From NCBI GenBank assembly GCA_937910305.1, contig CALEPS010000188.1:1095-65094 (forward strand): a DNA stretch of 64,000 nucleotides, read 5' to 3'. Below are positions 19,488 to 27,432 of the stretch, one piece after another. Both the position numbers and the translations under genes were made by a program. Below the pieces are notes generated by a model. The model had not been told where the DNA came from and did not search any database. It saw only the letters and a program-made list of their open reading frames with translations. Source of the stretch: an uncultured Bacteroidales bacterium (GTDB lineage: Bacteria > Bacteroidota > Bacteroidia > Bacteroidales > Paludibacteraceae). The first letter of the stretch is position 1; each line of letters starts with the position of its first letter.

Positions 19488-19859
19488 TTAACCTTGAGTT
19501 GTTGCTGTCGCCGCAGCGGCAGTACCGAGTAATTGCAGGGTACTGCTCTCGCGGTCGTAGTAGAACTCGTAAACACCTGCACCTGGAATATCCGCAATCG
19601 TCAGCGGGTCGCCACCTGCTTTTGTTGCTGCCTGAGTACCACCATTAGCGGTGAATACGATAGGAAGCGTAGCGGTTGCTCCATCAGGAAACGCTTGCGA
19701 AATCTTGATAAGCATGGTGCCGCGAGGACCACTTACGCGGTACGACGGGAGGGTGAATGTCGCGGCTGTTGCACTGACGGTTAAACCCGTTGTTGGTAAC
19801 AACAGAGACCCGCGACGATTCACAAGGAGAAACGGTAAGAAATTAAAGAAGTTCCACAT
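19488..19859 (-). CDS. hypothetical protein
   Basis: A 123-aa ORF with a hydrophobic N-terminus and an A/T/G-rich C-terminus. Confidence 0.4.
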   Translation of the reverse strand: MWNFFNFLPFLLVNRRGSLLLPTTGLTVSATAATFTLPSYRVSGPRGTMLIKISQAFPDGATATLPIVFTANGGTQAATKAGGDPLTIADIPGAGVYEFYYDRESSTLQLLGTAAAATATTQG

Positions 19860-19877
19860 AGTGCCCTCCTTTCTTTC

Positions 19878-20747
19878 TTATCCGAAGAATCCATTACCTC
19901 CATAGCCGTAGCCATAACCGTAGCCGCCAAGCCCGGCAAACGCTAATGCAGCCGTCGGAACGCCTGTCACTTGCGAATAAGGGATGGTTACGGTCTGAGG
20001 CATACAGCCCTTGATAGCCGTTACTTCTTTGCTCAACTCGCCAAGAGAAGCGGCAATAGGAGCAACCGTCTGACCAACGTAGGCTTGGATAGCCGCCGTC
20101 TGGTTAGCGTTGTCGATGGTGCCACGCAGGATCGTGTTCTGTTGTGCCAGAGCATCAATCTTGCTTTGCATCTCGCGCTTCTCCAAATCACAGAACTTGT
20201 CGTTAATGACCTGAGTCTGATCCGCAATCTTGGCGTTGATAGCGTCTGTCTGCTGGAGAGTAGCCAGACGGTTTTCAAAACCTTGAGTAGTGATTGCGTT
20301 CTTAGTCTCGCAGCAGCAAGAAGCGAGTCTGGAAGCAATGTCTGCATTGCCGGACTGAATAGCGTTGATAACCTGCAAGCCGGACATACCAACTTGGTTG
20401 CCCACTTGCTGAATACCGAGACCAAGCGCATTGAGACTCTGCTGTACGGCGTTGATGGAAACATTGAGGTTTCCTGCCAACTCAGAGATAGCGCTACGGT
20501 TGCCGGCAACAGCCTGCATAATCAGGTCCTGGTTATTGGTAGCCATAGCAGTCAGAGCTGCATTGTTGCCACCAAAACCACCACCGAAGCCATTGTTGCC
20601 GAAGATGCCCCATACGACCAACAGCGCAATCAGGTCGCTCCAGCCGTTACCGCCAAAACCACCACGATTACCCACAAGCCAAGGGAGCATGCTATTTACA
20701 CTTGCCGAACCTGCGTCCGGAGTGTAAATGGTTGTACTTTCTGCCAT
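19878..20747 (-). CDS. glycine-rich protein with central coiled coil and GYGYGYGYGG tail
   Basis: GNRGGFGGNGW...FGNNGFGGGFGGNN at the N-terminus, a long Q/N/A-rich helical middle, and AFAGLGGYGYGYGYGGNGFFG at the C-terminus. A TACCTTTG -7 box (CAAAGGTA on + at 20810-20817) lies 63 nt upstream. Confidence 0.5.
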   Translation of the reverse strand: MAESTTIYTPDAGSASVNSMLPWLVGNRGGFGGNGWSDLIALLVVWGIFGNNGFGGGFGGNNAALTAMATNNQDLIMQAVAGNRSAISELAGNLNVSINAVQQSLNALGLGIQQVGNQVGMSGLQVINAIQSGNADIASRLASCCCETKNAITTQGFENRLATLQQTDAINAKIADQTQVINDKFCDLEKREMQSKIDALAQQNTILRGTIDNANQTAAIQAYVGQTVAPIAASLGELSKEVTAIKGCMPQTVTIPYSQVTGVPTAALAFAGLGGYGYGYGYGGNGFFG

Positions 20748-20840
20748 AGTTGTAATAATGATTTGATTGTTTTACATAGTGTCTTTGTGCGCACTTTCAA
20801 AAGACGGTGCAAAGGTACTGCTTTTCGCGGAGGTGGTGAA

Positions 20841-21146
20841 TTAGTTATGCAGCAGATGCGGCTTCAATGCGGACGCGATGCGACCATCCATCTGACGGAA
20901 GAGATAAGAAGACTTGCTGAAACTGTTATAGTCTGCCAAATATCGGCTGACACTATGCGTCCCGCTTCGCTGCATGAAACGAGCAATAGAAATAGACGGA
21001 ACACCCAGCAATGCGCAGTAGTGTACAAACAGACTGCGTGCTGCTACAAGATCATCGGTTTTTGTTTTAGATAGGATTTGGTCCGTGGTTAATTCGGTAA
21101 TTTGTGCCACAATGGCAAGAATTTGTGCAAAAAGTTCACTTTTCAT
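20841..21146 (-). CDS. small HTH protein resembling the DnaA C-terminal DNA-binding domain
   Basis: The pattern ...DQILSKTKTDDLVAARSLFVHYCALLGVPSISIARFMQRSGTHSVSRYL resembles DnaA domain IV-like HTH proteins common in Bacteroidales phages. This is a call by eye only. Confidence 0.45.
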   Translation of the reverse strand: MKSELFAQILAIVAQITELTTDQILSKTKTDDLVAARSLFVHYCALLGVPSISIARFMQRSGTHSVSRYLADYNSFSKSSYLFRQMDGRIASALKPHLLHN

Positions 21147-21155
21147 ACGCTAAAA

Positions 21156-21187
21156 TTTGTGTATTTCAAAAATTTGTTGTACCTTTG
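21156..21187 (+). promoter_or_regulatory. consensus promoter (TTTG-N20-TACCTTTG) on the + strand, antisense to the flanking genes
   Basis: TTTG at 21156-21159, a 20-nt spacer, then TACCTTTG at 21180-21187. It faces a 150-nt stretch with three perfect 9-10 bp hairpins. Confidence 0.45.
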
Positions 21188-21348
21188 CACTCGCAGACAA
21201 TAAAATAAGCGAGTCACATTCGTACAACAGGGTATAACTATATACTCTCTGTCGTGGTGAATGTGACTCACCTTTGTCTATCGCCGCCTTGTCTGCAAAC
21301 TTACCGGCGATAGGAGGCAGAGAGTTTTTTCCTCTCTGCCGGTTATTA

Positions 21349-23388
21349 TTATAGGCTTGGTTGTTGACTTGGTCGTTGCATAGCCGCAGCACGGTCCTGT
21401 GCCTGTTGGATAAGAGCCTGCTGTTGGTCTTGTGGCGTAGAGGGTTGCTGCATAACCGCAACACCTTGCATGGCTGCCTGTTGCTGCGTCACTGCCTCAG
21501 CCTGCTCTTCTTCCTCTGCTTTAATGAGTTCAAGCATGTGGTCTGCAAAGTAGGAAGAACTACATGACAGATAGGTCTTCAGGCTAATCAGTTTGTTTAG
21601 CAATAAGAACTGAAGCGTTTGCTCATTCTGTGCCCGGAAGATACCTTGTGTTTCGCTTTCTACCAACGAAAGATCAAAACGACAGTTACGTACTTTATCA
21701 GCATCGAACCATTTGCTCTCCTCACGATAGTTCTTGCCTGCAATATTGATATGCCGCACGCCCTCGTAATACTGCTGGATCACCATCATAATCTTATAGT
21801 CACGTTTGGCTATCAGACCGTTGTACCAATCTACAATATCCGCGATGTTATTGTTGCTATTCTCGGACATCTGCGCATAGAGCGACGATGGTGTGCCGCT
21901 TTTCGGAGCCTCGCCACGTATTGAACCGTTATTGCCTGACAGTTTGTCTATTAGCGCCAGACAGTCTTGCGGCGTTCGCTCGTCCACCATATTATTTGAA
22001 TTATTAACAAACGGCTTGAATATCTCCTCTCCTTCTTCCCATTCGAGTTCTGCGATAGCTGCCGGGTCTGTATAGATAGCAGCAAACTCCTCTTTGGTTA
22101 CGTTGCTCCGCTGTAAAATTTTTCTGTTAACGGCTCCTGAACCTTTGGCTTGGTTCATGCGGATATAGCGGTTGCTGGTTAATGTGGAATTGTAGATGCG
22201 TTGGATGTTAATCAGTCGTTCTACTAGCGAATGGATCTTGCCGTGACGCAGTGGATAAGCACCAATAACAAACGGATGTGAACCGTGGGTATAGGGTGTT
22301 ATCTCCTCTTTCAGCACATAACCGCCCGGTGTCAGATAGCGTACTACCCATTTCTTCTGACATCGATAGCCTACAAACTCAATCAGCGACGCATCTTCCG
22401 GATTACCACCTGCCTCTACCATCTCCTTGATGCGGCGGTTGTTCTCGGCTATAATGTCCGGGTCGTTCTTGTCGTCCGTCAGTATCTCCTCGCCTTTCTT
22501 GATATCATGGAAGAGAAATCCATCCTCCTCTCCCTCTATCATCTCCAGCGTCCATATCTCGATTACACGGCAATGCTCTGGCTCCAGAGGATGGAAGAAA
22601 TCAATGAAATACTTGCTCTTGTCTTTGTTAAACTGCTGATGAGCTATATAGGCGTTCTTGCTGTCACGATAGAGATCGGCTATTATCTCGCGCTCTGCCT
22701 TGCTGTTAGCGAACTGCGTCTGCACATCAATCAGCGGCATGTCGTGCAGATAACCGATACAGGTGATGTTCTCGAAATACAAGCCGGAGGTGTTGCTGTC
22801 CCACGCCATGCGGTTTAACTCGCACTGCGTTACTCTCACATCGCTTGTGTTCCGCTCGTCATCCCTATCATAACCCACACGGAAAGCAGCTACGCCGGAA
22901 CTCAGGAACTCCTCATAAGCACGGGCATTGATCTTCTGCAGTTTCTGCGCCTCATAGACATACTCCATCGCTATCGTCATCATCTCGCCCAACTTCTGCT
23001 CGTCGCGGTCGCGGGAGATAACCAGCGGTTCCATGTGATTGCGGACATACAGGCCGACAATGTTAGTCACAGGTTCTGCGATGATATTCACAGCCATCGG
23101 CACCATGCCCTGACTGCGGATATAATCCTCTTCTGTCATATCGCCGCATCCGTTAGGGTTGGGGATGCGGTCCGAGAATTGGTCGCCGGACAGATAGCGG
23201 TCACACCGCTCCCAGTTGTCACGAAGCGTTTGCAAACTGTCGTAGTAACGATGAAAACGGTCTAATAATTCCGTCATCTTCCGCAACTTGATGTCAGCCG
23301 CAGCACCGGCAGGCCTGCTACCGTCCGCGTTGGGTAGCAGATTGCGCCGCGTGAATTTCCTGTAGTTGTTTTTGGTTATCTTGCTCAT
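21349..23388 (-). CDS. portal protein (P22 gp1-like)
   Basis: At 679 aa, SSGVAAFRVGYDRDDE...RMAWDSNTSG parallels the P22 portal EAGVGAWRLVTDYED...VIWDSNSK. The Q-rich helical C-terminus resembles the P22 portal barrel. Confidence 0.7.
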   Translation of the reverse strand: MSKITKNNYRKFTRRNLLPNADGSRPAGAAADIKLRKMTELLDRFHRYYDSLQTLRDNWERCDRYLSGDQFSDRIPNPNGCGDMTEEDYIRSQGMVPMAVNIIAEPVTNIVGLYVRNHMEPLVISRDRDEQKLGEMMTIAMEYVYEAQKLQKINARAYEEFLSSGVAAFRVGYDRDDERNTSDVRVTQCELNRMAWDSNTSGLYFENITCIGYLHDMPLIDVQTQFANSKAEREIIADLYRDSKNAYIAHQQFNKDKSKYFIDFFHPLEPEHCRVIEIWTLEMIEGEEDGFLFHDIKKGEEILTDDKNDPDIIAENNRRIKEMVEAGGNPEDASLIEFVGYRCQKKWVVRYLTPGGYVLKEEITPYTHGSHPFVIGAYPLRHGKIHSLVERLINIQRIYNSTLTSNRYIRMNQAKGSGAVNRKILQRSNVTKEEFAAIYTDPAAIAELEWEEGEEIFKPFVNNSNNMVDERTPQDCLALIDKLSGNNGSIRGEAPKSGTPSSLYAQMSENSNNNIADIVDWYNGLIAKRDYKIMMVIQQYYEGVRHINIAGKNYREESKWFDADKVRNCRFDLSLVESETQGIFRAQNEQTLQFLLLNKLISLKTYLSCSSSYFADHMLELIKAEEEEQAEAVTQQQAAMQGVAVMQQPSTPQDQQQALIQQAQDRAAAMQRPSQQPSL

Positions 23389-23400
23389 AGTTGCCCTTCT

Positions 23401-23865
23401 TTATACTTTGAATAGTACTACTTTGCTTTTGGAGCCATCGTTGTAAATATCGACATGCACCCAGTTCACGCAATCCTCCAGGCGGATCGGGTGCGGCAAC
23501 TGACTCGCTTTCGCCTGAATCATATGCCGTACCTCCTCTGCACTCATGCCTTTTGCGTCAAAGTCCACGCCTTTTCCTGTCGAATGGGCAGACATAGACA
23601 ACTTGTTCTTGTCTGTCTTTCCTCGGATGATAGAAGACAAGTTTGTCCGCAATCCTCTTTCGTCAAACTTACCGCCTGTCATCCATGTGTTGATGGTCAT
23701 CGGCACTTTCAGGATCTTGTCACGCAGCACAAACAGCGTCTCCAATAACGCCGTGTCAAAGAAGTTCCAGGCGAAATCGCCGTACTTCTTGTAGGTCGGT
23801 TCGTCCACCAACTCCCGCAGTGAGAAATACCGCTGCACCTCTTTTATCAATTCTTGTCTGGTCAT
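23401..23865 (-). CDS. peptidase M15-family cell-wall hydrolase (endolysin)
   Basis: Zn-binding signature SAHSTGKGVDFD (H-x6-D) plus the distal WVHVD, in a 154-aa protein. Confidence 0.8.
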   Translation of the reverse strand: MTRQELIKEVQRYFSLRELVDEPTYKKYGDFAWNFFDTALLETLFVLRDKILKVPMTINTWMTGGKFDERGLRTNLSSIIRGKTDKNKLSMSAHSTGKGVDFDAKGMSAEEVRHMIQAKASQLPHPIRLEDCVNWVHVDIYNDGSKSKVVLFKV

Positions 23866-23871
23866 AATTGA

Positions 23872-24273
23872 TCACTCCTTCTTTTTATTGTTATCAAATA
23901 TCTCTGCATGAGTTTCGTATCCGCGCTCGTCAAATCGGTGCGGCGGATTACGCTTGTCGCAGTTCGGCCGTGTGCAATAATACCAACACAACTGCTCGAT
24001 TCGCAAGTCTTTCTTGGAGTTCGCGTCTCTCAATTGGTCGCGCTCGGCATAGAGTTCTCGCTTCTCCGCGCTCTTCTGCTCACACTTGGCGTGTTCCTGC
24101 TCGTATAGTCCGCGCCACGCAGCTGCCTGTGTCAGTTCGTTATCAATAGCAGCTTTCTCCACTTCTTTCTGCTTGAGGGCTCTATTCTCGCGCCAAAAGA
24201 AGATACCAACGCCACCACCGATCAGTCCGACGATGGTAGTAATAATCTGCAATGCAATCTCGATCTGGCTCAT
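23872..24273 (-). CDS. membrane-anchored coiled-coil protein (i-spanin- or holin-like lysis protein)
   Basis: N-terminal TM segment IALQIITTIVGLIGGGVGIFFW followed by a charged helical region. It lies adjacent to the endolysin gene. Confidence 0.4.
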   Translation of the reverse strand: MSQIEIALQIITTIVGLIGGGVGIFFWRENRALKQKEVEKAAIDNELTQAAAWRGLYEQEHAKCEQKSAEKRELYAERDQLRDANSKKDLRIEQLCWYYCTRPNCDKRNPPHRFDERGYETHAEIFDNNKKKE

Positions 24274-24578
24274 CAGTTGCCTCCTTCCTCAAACTGCTTG
24301 CGATACATCCAGCGAACCCAGAACGGACAATGGTCGAGGAGAAAGTCAATACGGTCTTTCATGTCTCTTGAAGTAATGTAAAGCTTATCAAAAAGTGATC
24401 TCTGCTCTGCATACTTAGCCTTCCACTCGTCACGCTCTTTCTCGACACGGCAGTAATTGTCTTGCGCAGTCTGCACAAGAATTTCTTTCTCTTTTTGCAA
24501 CTCGGCATTCTTAGCCTCCAACGCAGCGTACTTCTCTTTCAGCAGCTCGTAGCCGCTCTTGTGTTTTCTCTCTGACAT
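24273..24578 (-). CDS. hypothetical coiled-coil protein
   Basis: A 101-aa K/E-rich helical ORF. Its stop overlaps the start of the next gene. Confidence 0.4.
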   Translation of the reverse strand: MSERKHKSGYELLKEKYAALEAKNAELQKEKEILVQTAQDNYCRVEKERDEWKAKYAEQRSLFDKLYITSRDMKDRIDFLLDHCPFWVRWMYRKQFEEGGN

Positions 24579-24624
24579 AGTTATTAAAATTTTTATTGTT
24601 TTTCTTTAATAGTGGTAAGCGTTA

Positions 24625-25191
24625 TTAAAGTTTTATCCCATAGAATTTAAGTACTACCCTTGCCACGTTCCAGACGAAGACAAGGCAAATGATGACGATG
24701 AACGCCACGCCGCAGTAATAGACGAAATCCTTCTGCTTCTCCACCTTGACTATCGTCTTGGTGGTGTTATTGCGGATGATGCTATCCTGCCAAGCGATGA
24801 TGTTCAGCAGGCTATCCTCCTTGCAATCGAAGTCTATTTGTAGTCCATTTGTAGTGCCTTTTGTAGTGTTCTTTGTAGTGTTCTTTGTAGTAACACTCGG
24901 CACAATACGTCTGCCTTGCTCGATTGTCAGTTCACGCAGGACAACGTTATAAGCACTATCGCACTCCAGGAGAGCCATAGCACTTGCGCTATCGGCTTCT
25001 GTTATAATGGTCGTATCGTGGTGATGCACCTCTACAATGCGCTCGGTTTCTTGTCCGGCTATGTACTGGCTTTTGCAGCCGCCGAAGAAGATGCAGCACA
25101 GGACGGTCAGTACCACTGCCACGATGACTGCCAAGCAGCCGTGTTTGGGGTCGCGGTAGTCATCGCCTAATATGTAGTTGCTATTAGTCAT
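24625..25191 (-). CDS. lipoprotein-like protein with C-terminal TM segment (unimolecular-spanin-like architecture)
   Basis: N-terminal hydrophobic segment ending FFGGC (lipobox-like). C-terminal TM segment YYCGVAFIVIICLVFVWNV. Internal TTKNTTKNTTKGTT is encoded by a 12-bp tandem repeat. Confidence 0.4.
   Translation of the reverse strand: MTNSNYILGDDYRDPKHGCLAVIVAVVLTVLCCIFFGGCKSQYIAGQETERIVEVHHHDTTIITEADSASAMALLECDSAYNVVLRELTIEQGRRIVPSVTTKNTTKNTTKGTTNGLQIDFDCKEDSLLNIIAWQDSIIRNNTTKTIVKVEKQKDFVYYCGVAFIVIICLVFVWNVARVVLKFYGIKL
24836..24894. repeat. 12-bp tandem repeat, 2 perfect plus about 3 degenerate copies, inside the 24625 gene
   Basis: GTTCTTTGTAGT occurs twice perfectly at 24868-24891, flanked by degenerate copies. 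It encodes the TTKN/TTKG/TTNG units. Confidence 0.85.
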
Positions 25192-25274
25192 ATTCTATCT
25201 ATTTTTTCTTAAACTCCGCCACCAGTCTGCTATTACTTTCATACACAATGAGCGATGGCGATTGGTAGATAACA

Positions 25275-25535
25275 TTACTCGGCTGTGTCTCCATAGCCAT
25301 AGTCGGCAGGGTTAAACGGCTCGTCGATGGAGTGAGTTCTACAGTACTCCTGCTGTAATCCCTTGAGTGTTTCAACAGGTGGAACGGTCGGAAACACCAC
25401 CTCTCCTACCTTGCTCAATCCACTGCCCGGTATCGGCTCAAAGCCGAAACGGAATAATACACCAGACGGCAACACGGCTTTACGCGGCGCGTTGCTTGGT
25501 ACTACGTTTTGATTTACTACGGTATTCATATTCAT
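25275..25535 (-). CDS. hypothetical protein
   Basis: An 86-aa ORF. Its 5' end overlaps the RT gene 3' end by 56 nt. Confidence 0.3.
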   Translation of the reverse strand: MNMNTVVNQNVVPSNAPRKAVLPSGVLFRFGFEPIPGSGLSKVGEVVFPTVPPVETLKGLQQEYCRTHSIDEPFNPADYGYGDTAE

Positions 25536-26931
25536 ATAGTTTTTGTTGTTGTTTCAATTCTTGCAATTCTTTGATGCGGATATTCTTCGGTTTGTACTCA
25601 TTCTTTACCTCACAGACAATTTTTCCCCTCCTGTCCTCGAAATAGAGCCATTGTTTATAGTCGCTATCGAGTACCATCTGCATGAGCATTTTCTGTATGT
25701 TATAAGACCGACAATGACACATGAAACCTATATAGGAGTTGAAACTGCATTGTAACTTGTAGGCATTCTCCAGCGAACAATGTTCTATCGCAAGGCGTAT
25801 GTTATTCTTGCAGGCTCTTACTGTTCTATTCCCGATGTACATCCTGTCGGCGTATATTACACGCCCGCAGAATTGCACCCCGTGACGGACTGGCTGAATA
25901 TAGAACTTTGTCGGGTGCAACGTCAGCCCGAGCGAACTCAATATACGCTCCGATTCCTCTCTTACCTTACGTATGATGCCGGCATTCGCGGCAACTATAC
26001 ACATATCGTCCACGAACTGCGTAATCTTACAATCGAGACCAAGCGCAAGTATCGCCATCCCCCACAGTGCCAATATAAGATTGGCTATTAACTGCGAGAA
26101 GAAATTACCGATTGGCAAACCCTTACCGTCGTTACCAAATAAGGTCTTGCCCTGTACGATATTCTTCCATGCAGAAATCGGGCTGTGGCGCAAGCAGTCG
26201 CTTGTGGGGTCATGCGTGATATATACATACAGCAGTCGCAGCATCTCGCGCACTTCCTCGTCTGAATATCCTGCAGGCACGAACTTCTTGCTGAAATCGA
26301 CAAATACATCATAAGCCATGCTGCGCACGATATTCATAAAGAAGCCGCTAACGTCCATCGTGGCGACAACTCCGTCCGGGTATTCACGCAGGTTCTTTTG
26401 TATTTGCTCGGCGGCTGTCTGTGCGGAATGATTACACCTGTTACCGTGGCTGATATTACCATTGTGCTCATGTACCTTCTCCGATACAGACAGAATGAAT
26501 GGAGCGATAAGGTGATGACCTACACGGTCGCGATAGTTCGCAGCAAACACCTCTCTGTATCTCGGATAGTCAAGCACAAAGCAAACGCTTGTGCCGGGAA
26601 CGTAGATGTGATTCCGAATTTTATCCGCTAAATCAAAGATCTCTTTGAGGTTGTAATGAAACCTCGCGGCGTCGAAACGCCTTTTCTTATTCCTCCAACA
26701 ATAGCTCTCTGCTTCAAATAACAAGTCTAATAACCTATCTGATTCGGCGACCGGCACAACTGTGTATGTGTTGTTCTTATTGTTGTTGTTCACGTTCGCT
26801 GACGGAATCGCCACATAGTACGCGTTGTTGGCATTGTTCTGCTGGCACGTCCAGGAGTTGCCCGTCGGCAGAGTGCTGTGGTCGTCAAGACTCGCTGTAG
26901 GTGTAACTTGGTTATCAAGTGGAGTCTCCAT
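25480..26931 (-). CDS. DGR reverse transcriptase (5' boundary uncertain; the annotated ORF start includes the TR)
   Basis: RT motifs include REVFAANYRDRVGHHLI, the DGR-RT hallmark LPIGNFFSQLIANL ((I/L)GxxxSQ) and the catalytic QFVDDMCIVA. It sits immediately downstream of avd and TR. Confidence 0.9.
   Translation of the reverse strand: METPLDNQVTPTASLDDHSTLPTGNSWTCQQNNANNAYYVAIPSANVNNNNKNNTYTVVPVAESDRLLDLLFEAESYCWRNKKRRFDAARFHYNLKEIFDLADKIRNHIYVPGTSVCFVLDYPRYREVFAANYRDRVGHHLIAPFILSVSEKVHEHNGNISHGNRCNHSAQTAAEQIQKNLREYPDGVVATMDVSGFFMNIVRSMAYDVFVDFSKKFVPAGYSDEEVREMLRLLYVYITHDPTSDCLRHSPISAWKNIVQGKTLFGNDGKGLPIGNFFSQLIANLILALWGMAILALGLDCKITQFVDDMCIVAANAGIIRKVREESERILSSLGLTLHPTKFYIQPVRHGVQFCGRVIYADRMYIGNRTVRACKNNIRLAIEHCSLENAYKLQCSFNSYIGFMCHCRSYNIQKMLMQMVLDSDYKQWLYFEDRRGKIVCEVKNEYKPKNIRIKELQELKQQQKLYEYEYRSKSKRSTKQRAA
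26745..26882 (-). repeat. DGR template repeat (TR), 138 bp
   Basis: A 138-bp alignment with 27441-27578 shows 14 differences, and every one is at a TR adenine (T on the + text). The TR reading frame is AAC-rich (NNANN, NVNNNNKNN). Confidence 0.9.
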
Positions 26932-26969
26932 TATATAGATTATCGCACGCTCATTTCTCGTCCTTGGAC

Positions 26970-27368
26970 TTAATGACTCTGGCTCTTGGTGGCTGCAATA
27001 GCATGTAACTGATTTGCAATATCATCGCAAAGCATGTCTAATTCAGCACATACCTTTTCGCTCCATCCGCGCAATTCCATGATAAGATAGCATTGCGCTT
27101 GTATTTCTTCTATCAGTTCGATAGAACGCTTGAGATAGTCTTTCCCTTTCAGTTGGCGCATAGCATACGTAAACAGAACGCCTGCCTTTTCAAGTAGCGG
27201 ATAGAAATAGCATCTGCGGATGTCAACCGTCATCTGCTCCTCTCCGGCGGCGTTCTTGCGGTTGCGACCGTGCGGCAAAAGCCTGCCGTAGTAGGCTAAC
27301 TGCTTATTGAGATAAACTACCCTGTTAATGATGGGCGTTTTTACTGCTGACTTGTTACTGTATTGCAT
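26970..27368 (-). CDS. avd: accessory variability determinant (Avd)-like four-helix-bundle protein
   Basis: A 132-aa basic helical protein placed between the VR gene and TR/RT, exactly as in the Bordetella phage BPP-1 mtd-avd-TR-brt cassette. Confidence 0.7.
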   Translation of the reverse strand: MQYSNKSAVKTPIINRVVYLNKQLAYYGRLLPHGRNRKNAAGEEQMTVDIRRCYFYPLLEKAGVLFTYAMRQLKGKDYLKRSIELIEEIQAQCYLIMELRGWSEKVCAELDMLCDDIANQLHAIAATKSQSH

Positions 27369-27404
27369 GAGAGCGATTGGGAGTTAATGATATAACGAAG
27401 CCCC

Positions 27405-27421
27405 GCCGTGCCCCGCACGGC
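27405..27421 (-). promoter_or_regulatory. GC-rich hairpin just downstream of VR (candidate DGR target-recognition hairpin)
   Basis: GCCGTGC-CCC-GCACGGC, a 7-bp perfect stem extendable with one mismatch. It lies 12-28 nt beyond the stop codon of the VR gene. Confidence 0.45.
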
Positions 27422-27432
27422 AGAGCCTTTGG

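Noticed and set aside
25480-26931. The reverse transcriptase as a retron, group II intron or Abi-type defence RT
   Set aside because: The TR/VR pair with adenine-only mismatches, the Avd-like gene and the (I/L)GxxxSQ motif identify it as a DGR RT. I saw no intron-like RNA domains and no msr/msd-like repeats.
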